Virus record (IMG/VR): IMGVR_UViG_3300009080_001637
DNA length: 64,000 bases
Strand: one strand, 5' to 3'
Origin: an uncultured virus (IMG/VR IMGVR_UViG_3300009080_001637)
Taxonomy: Duplodnaviria > Heunggongvirae > Uroviricota > Caudoviricetes
Below the pieces are notes generated by a model. The model did no database searches and had not been told where the DNA came from. It saw only the letters and a program-made list of their open reading frames with translations. Position 1 is the stretch's first letter; each line of letters begins with the position of its first letter. Positions 57,301 to 64,000 of this stretch are shown here, one piece after another. Both the position numbers and the translations under genes were made by a program.

Positions 57301-60193
57301 TGTTATTGAAAGATATGTAAAAATTATCGATTACAGCGCCCAGTTTTGGCAAGGCCTACTAAGCGATTCCCAAAACGGATTAAACTCACTATCTCCTCAG
57401 ATAGCCGGGTACTCTCTGGACAAAAGGAGAGAATTATTCGACAAGTTCGCCCCACAGAATAGAAGTCTAATAAGCCAAGAATCAATTAATTTTGGAGATT
57501 CTTCGTTGGGAGCAGTGAACCTTGATTCATTATCAACAGAAATAGGGGAAATAGACTTAACTCCAGTTGAGGGAGATCGAGAAACGATAGTGCCGATTAA
57601 TAAGTGGTTTGAGTGGTTATACTCCCATAGCCATCATTTTGCTAACTCACAAACTTTGCTTCCTCTTTGGAACGAAAATGAAGAGGGGGAGTACGATCTA
57701 GATTTTAAATCCTTATTCTTCGATATAAAATTTGGTTTGAGGATAGTATATATCGACAAGCTAGGGATGAGAAACACCAACCAAAACAATTTAGATCATC
57801 TAGACTATGCATACGAGCATGGGGGTGTTTCGTCTGTTAAAGATGCCGCTGTTGAATTACTAAACTCTCTCAATATGGGCTCTGGTGAATCTTTAGATAA
57901 TTCAACAAATAGTAGTTTTGAGACACTCCAACATCTTAGTAGGGAATCAATTCTGGAGATAACTAAAAGAAACAAAGCGTTCTTCTTGAGTGAAACTACT
58001 TTTTCCATGTATGATCCGGGCGAACAAGGTGGGCACATTAAGGTCGCATACCCCAGTGGAAAAGAGGACTTTTTATCCTTGCCATTGCTACAAGAAGAGA
58101 TCTCTATTCTTCCGGGAGACATTTCAGTAAACCCAAACGGAGGTAATAACGGCGCGAATATACTTTTTACAAATTCGCCATGGAGCGAACAATATATCCC
58201 TAGCGAGCTTCCTTATTTTGCTTTTGATCGGGGCGAGGTAGGAAGTAATGTTAATTGGGGGCACTGGAGCAATAGAGACGCGATTACCCAAGATACTCCG
58301 GCCAGATATGTGAATTCTCCAATAGCCAACCCACCTGAGCCCACTATTTATGACCCGCAATTTGCTAAAGTTTTTGGAATAATCGACGAAATCGCCAACC
58401 ACACATTCGATAGCTCACCGAGGGTCAATCTAGACTCAATATGCACCGATGACTACAGAAGCGTATTAGAAACAGAAGCAAGTTCATACTATTTGTATGC
58501 CGGTATAAACAACCTGTTATATCAAATTAGAGCGACAGACATTAGTAAAAACCGTTCTCTTTTAGTCACCTTAGGCTCAGATTTGGAAAATGCATTTACT
58601 GTCGCAGAAGAGGAGAATTTATTTTCTCTTTACAATTTGCTTTTCATGTGGAGAGACTATTCGAATCGCCTTAAACTTATAATCGAAGGTCAGGACGATG
58701 CTTCCGATGCGGATATTCTTCGTTTGGAAAACACAGTCGAGAGCTGTTACCTGAAGATAAAAAATATTATAGAGTTTGTTAAAGACCACATAACAGAGAA
58801 TTTTAATATATCTTTAAACTGGAGTGTCCCTGAAGATGGCATATTGTATCCATATGTTAATTTCTCCTATTTTGTTGGAGAAATGATGGACAGTACAGAT
58901 ATTATGCAGTACCTTTTCTCTTCTGATAGTTTGTATGAATTGGAGGAGATTGCCAACCCCATCCTGCAGACTTCCTCGCTAGTTAATTTTGTTGCATCAA
59001 CAGAATTTGTTGCAAGTATGCAAACTAATATCCCTTTACTGAGGATACTAGGTGATAGATCTAACCTTCACTGTGCGCCGATCATAAGAGAAACAATACA
59101 AAAATCTGCGAATTGGGCTGGCCACGGACATGGGAATAGTAGGTATTTAAACAGCACGGATAGAAACCTTATTTCAAATTGGTGGAGTTTCACGCGGCCA
59201 GATGGCGCTTACTACACAGAATTAACGACACTAAGAGATAGCAAGCTTAACATACTTGATTTATTACCCAACTACCGTTCTGCCGAAGAACGGATAGAAG
59301 CGCAGCTTCGCGTCTCAGATCTTGAGGCTGAGATAGAGAGGCTCCACAATAAATATTGGATATATTCAGCAAATATCTGTTTTTACGTAAATTCTGCTTT
59401 AAGAGACATGTATTTTGAGAAAGAGAAACGAGCGTACTACTCTATTGATAGAGTCTTCAAGTCTCTAGATACCTCTATTTCAAACTTAAGTCAGTTGCCT
59501 CAGGTGCATAAAGACACTATGAATCTGTTTGATCGTTTATACTACCCTCAATTGACAACGAGGCTAAAGAAAAATTCTGATTTTAAATTATTAACTGGTT
59601 ATTTATTCCCATTAAAGAGATATACTTCTTTGATGGGGCTCTACACGCAAATAAAAATAGCGGGTCTTATAAGTCACAAACAACCGTTTTCCGAGACAAA
59701 GTTAACAGTCAAGCAGCTCTTTGCGACTCTCCTAACTAGTAATGTTTCAGATGAGAATGGTAGACCCGGATGGCATAGGGTTGATGTTTTTGACCTCCTG
59801 ATGAACGGAGCCTTTGGCCCTCTCCCGTGGTGGATTAAAATACTTAAAAAAGATCTATCTTTTAATCTATCTGCGTTGCTTACAATGGTGCCGCGAAAGT
59901 TACTGCAATTGATTCTCTCAGTACCTTTCTTCTCCACGATTGTTGACCCTCTTTGTTCTGTCATGTCAGGCTGGCCATTTTTAAACGATTGGACTACGTG
60001 TAAGGAATTATTAGGTAATCTACCCCCCAATAAACAATTGCCTGAGCCGAGCCCAGTTGGAGCAACCCAGATATTTTGCGGAGAACCTTTAGACAGGGCG
60101 CGAAGCAAAAAAAATCATGAAGAAAAAATGAAGTTGTCAAAGCCAGAGAGCTTGATGCCAAAAGACAAAGTTGATCTTCCATTTTATGGATAG
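51365..60193 (+). CDS. 2942-aa probable virion (tail/baseplate) protein
   Basis: Uninterrupted ORF between spike-like and gp25-like genes; no family recognised. Confidence 0.75.
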   Translation: MASSISERNLEISKLNYSLSKEDWVTSFEAQSSTPWREVVEEGTLEHATRTYDNLSFKNATHFVHVPYDRNEEVNITNGVFSEEDLLFENLNSCVPVFSRPSTNDNNFLGKINCFHTIVGRLGGLTRKVGSFVVVLEESIGGGEFDKIKVLNHGGDLDGTECFIKRNYIHRLAFTKKSLPVNNLTCKVISDVDGTICDAITPQWANLSTPYYYGPKCEYWVTVKTSYGDTGGVLLESRKKEAISEAIDRILEYFDKIRDDDTKRILKEESYLFAEAVTWHLDEPPGGRLKILVSFPVKYIDAIPRQTKNLNDYLDEKIPNWYTSISFKTNEMAKDMSAVANLMTEFATNSQVQNLNISGPIGYGQFLFRKEAERFMSFLPLIMSFVKTNGLVFRTNNSDNIEIGFDREFRILYVLYDRGLGNTPLTVGINELINSEPCVLRRTMGILAATHDIKRFISRDRNRLSYKTFIDEYVMPLPEIEELTSQGGKTPPCRPDPLNPMKCCEFDLLESTGVADHFDSIGKNTLSRLRANNFTDPKKLAKEFYNYQKSHISPICGGDRDALDLFKSSKTSLKGLWEAAKCATGDPDGNVDYNKVAECSNVAYDEKGSPIKTDRVKLFEDRDIEKISPGLFGCIKTQYDFIEDPFLKSLVERLLGKGPSVAGGDSKYFSAEEYNPPTLEDVSEYMSNIDFFSIVEKAVDCACSLLDNIGDRAVAQAGEIDEIISQTVDQQGEVPTTSDWWFSKRPNINRLKKGEKLQSDAPSSLVREYIRKNDGQAARIPRNSLLGSVALSDSRNQTLFGEIDNRGELVLSVDTGGLGSGKPLAQPLLANSVNAGMDVVSGITPLDLTNPVHAQFAHALVCQDICNTLPVLCSCIDLTLPPIDLPEFSFSGIFGYLFDLLIDILVDMLINILLGIIYKIIEDMLRCEFKEADPQVQEDFNNALQGAAGFRNLIDDNFAEDINDEINTSGLQADVLKPFLDDVPLVVSPTEFCMLLRGEPPNYTLNTLEDLMDSQHPGLRAYIRGEEQLRELFIAIGRRMGDLSICSRLIDLSQNTRNTTIADHICEDVNLDQVRETLRAGNTTPEQVSELLNRVRLCRQQRTLAIADMTRELSENPTDFFDKLIPPVYGAPGEDSLVPRDPPELLNILDKVGHTFFEQVKVKFDQDASSFPSNLIEYKYDGITIDSDTSTIIQTTQDVINSGDTQASMFNYLKNITGGDTTDPVFQNSFGNFTSIGAPTSKEVGFGLQSDLMTQDNFKFNMSEIKDKTATAFTMYMSPFKSYGYKNVVLDFRESDNPIDYLPGAWGVPNNDENLITAMGIVPVNTTVKLNYRLPLSSFCHDWDRERDFYEVEIYNRETTTNLRGEEFVKFDGPRMILVGEKRIEDEYRSSIANLGYTNALGKASLQQEIFATWTTNIWNEYMGSLDEPDTTEINISDPDGPLFNHYMTNSFNLITEEILQSMAETTANSKLFDVENLEKLQLKGDTACFPPRDSLIAIDKIISNYKSNYRNNKVVNRHQERFGLALIEATIYTAVRTYVLEFVLGGIFAFSRFNVNDIIDDTFIRLCVNHIRDSLLREGPFPLDGKILGYEELRLFLRESGIATTEIIDDLKTWKDSYYEEFIRWVQIVMMERIGSGESFFNPFTRKEIAVTFSAIAKQDRISVGFDNLILPISDYYLALQDWLNTWNEYSIVLAQNENDPNFFDSPERRREYSLFGKEMALYGYEREIGVLDHWWSFSHNSPNDNVYDWSILEQSIQQDHENPSEGGLLDLALVRIERQNIYEILTFFIKFVSGLPNNTINLFNNLSDSNLDWRDQMNMNYPDSTSRSKNYHQIVRYLGRIIPSSFKLILRFVNEVTRTSNCECIPIRSEEAYEGQISDGSATLDGKTKVGYLEYLVLEQLYSVKDDIESYLGTEIEDINSLMLGSYDPNFSSYNELAEDIKQKYFIKEVTDVPSYSQNGDVGRIPSEVLNGTSLPFVIERYVKIIDYSAQFWQGLLSDSQNGLNSLSPQIAGYSLDKRRELFDKFAPQNRSLISQESINFGDSSLGAVNLDSLSTEIGEIDLTPVEGDRETIVPINKWFEWLYSHSHHFANSQTLLPLWNENEEGEYDLDFKSLFFDIKFGLRIVYIDKLGMRNTNQNNLDHLDYAYEHGGVSSVKDAAVELLNSLNMGSGESLDNSTNSSFETLQHLSRESILEITKRNKAFFLSETTFSMYDPGEQGGHIKVAYPSGKEDFLSLPLLQEEISILPGDISVNPNGGNNGANILFTNSPWSEQYIPSELPYFAFDRGEVGSNVNWGHWSNRDAITQDTPARYVNSPIANPPEPTIYDPQFAKVFGIIDEIANHTFDSSPRVNLDSICTDDYRSVLETEASSYYLYAGINNLLYQIRATDISKNRSLLVTLGSDLENAFTVAEEENLFSLYNLLFMWRDYSNRLKLIIEGQDDASDADILRLENTVESCYLKIKNIIEFVKDHITENFNISLNWSVPEDGILYPYVNFSYFVGEMMDSTDIMQYLFSSDSLYELEEIANPILQTSSLVNFVASTEFVASMQTNIPLLRILGDRSNLHCAPIIRETIQKSANWAGHGHGNSRYLNSTDRNLISNWWSFTRPDGAYYTELTTLRDSKLNILDLLPNYRSAEERIEAQLRVSDLEAEIERLHNKYWIYSANICFYVNSALRDMYFEKEKRAYYSIDRVFKSLDTSISNLSQLPQVHKDTMNLFDRLYYPQLTTRLKKNSDFKLLTGYLFPLKRYTSLMGLYTQIKIAGLISHKQPFSETKLTVKQLFATLLTSNVSDENGRPGWHRVDVFDLLMNGAFGPLPWWIKILKKDLSFNLSALLTMVPRKLLQLILSVPFFSTIVDPLCSVMSGWPFLNDWTTCKELLGNLPPNKQLPEPSPVGATQIFCGEPLDRARSKKNHEEKMKLSKPESLMPKDKVDLPFYG

Positions 60194-60221
60194 CGAGTAA
60201 TTAGTAAAAAGGAGAAATAGG

Positions 60222-60608
60222 ATGGCAGGTTACGGAGTGAAATTACCCCTTAAGAGAGATTCTAAGGATGGGTTCTCGTTGATTAAAGATCAAGTCTCTC
60301 TGACAAAGCAAAACCTCAAGATGTTGTTGTTGACTTCCCCGGGTGAGAGGATTATGGATCCCTTTTTTGGAGCAGGTATTCGACAACTTTTATTTGAGCC
60401 CAATTCTCCCCACTTATCCGACGAGATTAGAATCAGGATATTAGAGCAAGTTAAACAATACATGAACTATATTGAAATTGAAGACTTGTTTATAGATAAT
60501 GGATCAAAAAACAATAATTCAAATTTAATATCAATTAGTTTAAAATATTTTATTATCAATTTTTCAATTAGTGATATCTTACAATTAGAATTCCCCTTGG
60601 GTCAATAA
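60222..60608 (+). CDS. gp25/GPW-like baseplate wedge protein
   Basis: KQNLKMLLLTSPGERIMDPFFGAGIRQLLFEP; TAATTAG motif at 60198. Confidence 0.9.
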   Translation: MAGYGVKLPLKRDSKDGFSLIKDQVSLTKQNLKMLLLTSPGERIMDPFFGAGIRQLLFEPNSPHLSDEIRIRILEQVKQYMNYIEIEDLFIDNGSKNNNSNLISISLKYFIINFSISDILQLEFPLGQ

Positions 60609-60624
60609 CTAGGAGATTTAGACA

Positions 60625-62451
60625 ATGCCAAGAGATAGTAAATTTTTACCCATAGATTATACCAGTAGGGAATTCGACTCAATAAGAGAAGATCTATATT
60701 CATATGCAACTAGGTATTATTCAGATTCATTTAAGGACTTTACTAGCACTAGTTTCGCATCATTGATGATCGATACAGTTGCCTATGTGGGGGATATATT
60801 GTCCTTCTATATAGACTATCAAGTTAGTGAGATGTTTCTAGATACAACCACTGAGTATGAGAATATCCTTAGGATAGGTAAGCAGTATGGATACAAACAC
60901 AGGTCTAGCCCAGTATCTCAAGGTATTCTTGAATTTTATATTCTCGTTCCAGCAGGCCCTGACGGGGGACTGAGTCCCGACTCGCTTTACCTACCTAAGC
61001 TAAGAAGAGGGTCTTCCTTTTCCTCGACATCCGGAGTTAGCTTTACTTTGACAGAAGATGTTGATTTTGCAAACTCCAACACGGAAAATGTTGTCGCGAG
61101 GATTAACGATGCTAGTATTGGAGGTGTCAATGTTATAGCGGTAAAGGCAGTAGGTAGAGTAATTTCTGGCCAATCAGCTACCGCAGAGGTGCCTATTGGG
61201 GAGTTCCGAAGGTTCCAACGGATTGAAATACCCGACTCTAATATCTCCGAAATCACCTCAGTAACCGACGAAGAAGGAAATGAGTATTATGAGGTGGATT
61301 ATTTATCTCAAAATGTTATCTATAAGGCAATACCCAATACTGGTGAAGGTCAAAGCTTGGTCCCCAATATCCTAGTGCCTCAGATCGTCCCCAGAAGGTT
61401 TATCACTGAAGAGAATTATAACTCGATTACTATGATTTTTGGGTATGGTTCTGAAGCCGAACTCAAGACAAATATAATAGATGATCCAAGAAATGTCGCT
61501 ATTGATTTTTACGGAAAAAATTATATTACTGATAAAAGTTTTGATCCGTCTAGGATCATAGAAACTGACAAATTTGGTATAGCTCCGGCAAATACAACAT
61601 TGACGGTAAAGTATCGGACAAATAACGTCGATATGGTGAACGCTGAATCAAACTCGATAATCAATGTTAATGCTTACAATATGACTTTCCCTGCGGAAGA
61701 ATTTCTTACTAATACTAGTGAGCTGGACGCTTCTTTGTTGCAATTTGTCAGGAATTCTTTAGAGTGCAATAATACCAATGCAATCGTCGGGGACATTACC
61801 CAACCAAATACCGAAGAGATGAAGCTGAGGATAATGGACACTTTTTCTGCTCAGAACAGAGCAGTGACAGTGTCTGACTACAAAGCTATAATTTATAATA
61901 TGCCCAATGCATTTGGGGCTGTGAAAAAATGCAATATTGTACAAAATTATGACAGCAACAAGAGGTCTGTAAACGCATATATTTTATCCGAAGACAATGA
62001 CGGACATTTGATAAAATCAAATATTACTCTGAAGAACAATATTAAAACTTGGCTTTCTGATTACAAAATGATAAACGATTCGGTTAACATTATTAATGGG
62101 AAAATTATTAATTTGGGGATAGATTTTACGCTAGTGTCAGAGTCTAATCACAATAAGTACAATATTATGGTAAATGCGAAAAACGAACTTCAGCGAGAAC
62201 TTTTCACGAAGACGATGGAATTCGGCCAACCTTTTTATATTACAAAAGTTTACGATATCTTAAGGAAAGTTAGTGGAGTCTTGGACGTATCCAAAGTAAA
62301 AATAAGGCAAGTAGTAGGTGACGGATACTCCAACACTGTTTTTAACATTGATCAATATACTTCTCCTGACGGCAGATATATAACTTGCCCGCTTAACGCA
62401 GTTTTTGAGCTTAAAAATATGGAAACTAATATAATAGGAACGGTTAGATAA
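60625..62451 (+). CDS. Baseplate wedge protein (T4 gp6 / baseplate J-like)
   Basis: DYTSREFDSIR..L, AYVGDILSFY.D, FGYG, QNRAVTVSDY. Confidence 0.88.
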   Translation: MPRDSKFLPIDYTSREFDSIREDLYSYATRYYSDSFKDFTSTSFASLMIDTVAYVGDILSFYIDYQVSEMFLDTTTEYENILRIGKQYGYKHRSSPVSQGILEFYILVPAGPDGGLSPDSLYLPKLRRGSSFSSTSGVSFTLTEDVDFANSNTENVVARINDASIGGVNVIAVKAVGRVISGQSATAEVPIGEFRRFQRIEIPDSNISEITSVTDEEGNEYYEVDYLSQNVIYKAIPNTGEGQSLVPNILVPQIVPRRFITEENYNSITMIFGYGSEAELKTNIIDDPRNVAIDFYGKNYITDKSFDPSRIIETDKFGIAPANTTLTVKYRTNNVDMVNAESNSIINVNAYNMTFPAEEFLTNTSELDASLLQFVRNSLECNNTNAIVGDITQPNTEEMKLRIMDTFSAQNRAVTVSDYKAIIYNMPNAFGAVKKCNIVQNYDSNKRSVNAYILSEDNDGHLIKSNITLKNNIKTWLSDYKMINDSVNIINGKIINLGIDFTLVSESNHNKYNIMVNAKNELQRELFTKTMEFGQPFYITKVYDILRKVSGVLDVSKVKIRQVVGDGYSNTVFNIDQYTSPDGRYITCPLNAVFELKNMETNIIGTVR

Positions 62452-63914
62452 TGGCTATTAAAAGATACAAAGCAGAAAAAGATACTACAATTTCAAATGC
62501 CTACTCTTCAAACTTGACGACAAAAGCAACCGGGTCTAATATGGGGGGATCAGACGTATTAGAGATCTTTTCTATATATGGTCAAAACTCTAGTAGTGTA
62601 GATGGACAGTCTATTGAGAAGTCCAGAATACTGTGCCAATTCCCAATATCAAATCTTGTTGCTGACCGAAACAGCAACAAGATTCCAGACTCAGGTCAGG
62701 TACAGTTCTATTTAAAAATATTTAACGCAGAACACTCACAAACTCTCCCAAAGGACTTCACATTAGAGGTAGCAGCAGTATCCCAATCTTGGGAAGAAGG
62801 GCGCGGCCTAGATATGGAAGACTATTCAGACATAGGATATGCTAATTGGCTATCCCCAGCTTCATCTTCGGGACCAGAGGTCCTCTGGGACACTGCTGGG
62901 GGTACATTTTTAACTGCCTCTCAATACTCTTCTTATATCTACAGCCAAAACTTCCCGAATGGCACAGAGGACTTAGAAATCAATGTCACCTCTTTAGTGG
63001 AGAAATGGATATCGGAAGATCTCAGTAACTATGGGTTTGCCATTTATTTAACCTCAAGCCAAGAGGATGGTAGTGCATTTGAGTCTTATTATACCAAAAA
63101 ATTATTTTCTAGGACATCCGAGTTTTTTAATAAAAGACCGATGCTAGAATCTAGATGGAATTCTTCTATAGGGGATGATTCTTCCAATTTCTACCTCAGC
63201 AGTTCTTTAGCCCCAGCAGGTGATAATTTAAATACAATTTATTTTTATAATACTGTCCGAGGTAAGCACGAGAACATACCCAGCTTAACAGATGGAATTA
63301 TACACCTGTCTATGTATGACTCTATTGGTGGGAATAAAATTGGTCTTCCAGTAGGTGGCGGAGTTGTTACATCGGGAGACCTAAATGTTACCGGAGGTGT
63401 AACACAAAAAGGGTTTTATTCTGCTAGCTTTGCTTATACTTCTAGTGAAAATACTACGGCATATCCAGTCTGGCATCTAAACAATACGGAATACTTTACG
63501 GGTTCATCTGTGAGTTTGAAAACTTTCGGTCAGCAGCGCGGGACAGAATACATTTCAACTGTAACAAACTTAAAGCACTCTTATTCCAACAACGAGAATG
63601 TTAGAATAAGATTATTTACTAGAATAAAAGACTGGTCTCCGACTATTTATACTAAAGCTGTAAAAAAGATAACACCAGAGATTGTAGAAAAAATATTTTA
63701 TACAGTCGAAAGGACGGTTGATAAATTGCCTATCGTTTCTTATGGTACGGGAAGCGAGAACCACACGTTACTTTCTTATGATGCATCTGGTGGTTATTTT
63801 GACCTAGATATGAATATCTTTGAGAAAGGATATTCATATGATATAAAATTTTTATTTTATATCAATGACGAGTACAAAGAGCAGACAGAAGTTTTTAAAT
63901 TTAGAGTAGAATAA
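62451..63914 (+). CDS. Baseplate-associated structural protein (DNRLRE-like N-domain)
   Basis: AEKDTTI, SRILCQF, SWEEGRG, W...GG, NYGF, FSR...PMLE. Confidence 0.65.
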   Translation: MAIKRYKAEKDTTISNAYSSNLTTKATGSNMGGSDVLEIFSIYGQNSSSVDGQSIEKSRILCQFPISNLVADRNSNKIPDSGQVQFYLKIFNAEHSQTLPKDFTLEVAAVSQSWEEGRGLDMEDYSDIGYANWLSPASSSGPEVLWDTAGGTFLTASQYSSYIYSQNFPNGTEDLEINVTSLVEKWISEDLSNYGFAIYLTSSQEDGSAFESYYTKKLFSRTSEFFNKRPMLESRWNSSIGDDSSNFYLSSSLAPAGDNLNTIYFYNTVRGKHENIPSLTDGIIHLSMYDSIGGNKIGLPVGGGVVTSGDLNVTGGVTQKGFYSASFAYTSSENTTAYPVWHLNNTEYFTGSSVSLKTFGQQRGTEYISTVTNLKHSYSNNENVRIRLFTRIKDWSPTIYTKAVKKITPEIVEKIFYTVERTVDKLPIVSYGTGSENHTLLSYDASGGYFDLDMNIFEKGYSYDIKFLFYINDEYKEQTEVFKFRVE

Positions 63915-63916
63915 AC

Positions 63917-64000
63917 ATGTCGATCAAAGAACTATTCAGAAACGAGGAAGCAACCAATATTGCTTCTGATTTGTCAACCTCCGATATTAATTCGGAATTA
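63917..64000 (+). CDS. Start of the next structural gene, truncated by the window edge
   Basis: MSIKELFRNEEATNIASDLSTSDINSEL..., 2 nt after the previous stop. Confidence 0.6.
   Translation, partial: MSIKELFRNEEATNIASDLSTSDINSEL

Noticed and set aside
51365..60193. Many short antisense ORFs inside long genes (here and elsewhere)
   Set aside because: They lack RBS or promoter support and recognisable motifs, as expected for shadow frames.
45489..63914. Bacterial T6SS/eCIS locus
   Set aside because: The context (phage-type sigma factors, PhoH, orphan genes, no Tss membrane complex or housekeeping genes) indicates a phage tail module.
1..64000. Stop-codon reassignment or tRNA/rRNA genes
   Set aside because: Long ORFs tile the window in the standard code with TAA, TAG and TGA all used as stops. 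No cloverleaf or rRNA was recognised by eye; tRNAscan was not run.

Overview
A 64-kb segment of a large, AT-rich tailed phage. A myovirus is indicated by gp25- and gp6/J-like baseplate genes, gp5-like lytic proteins and a gp55-like sigma factor. It uses the standard genetic code and nearly all genes are on the + strand. From left to right: (1) an ECF sigma factor; (2) a ~600-bp non-coding element of phased A-tracts, 23/24-bp iteron-like repeats that flip orientation, and a chain of GC hairpins (candidate origin or packaging site); (3) a ~28-kb zone of mostly orphan genes behind a recurrent CTATTTAT promoter-like motif, many sharing an N-terminal 'MKI.K..L..II.EE' helix on unrelated cargo domains, plus three large paralogues, LpxH-like, IMPDH/GMPR, trypsin-like and SAP genes; (4) PIN-PhoH and a Cas4-like nuclease; (5) a ~10-kb glycosylation island; (6) a gp55-like sigma factor; (7) three tandem proteins with a common N-terminal domain and three different predicted peptidoglycan hydrolases; (8) a spike-like protein, a 2942-aa protein and baseplate genes. 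Three promoter classes are visible. The strongest candidates for novelty are the shared N-terminal tag/cargo system, the triple lysin cassette and the back-to-back ECF/late promoter pairs. All family calls come from motif recognition by eye; no database searches were run.
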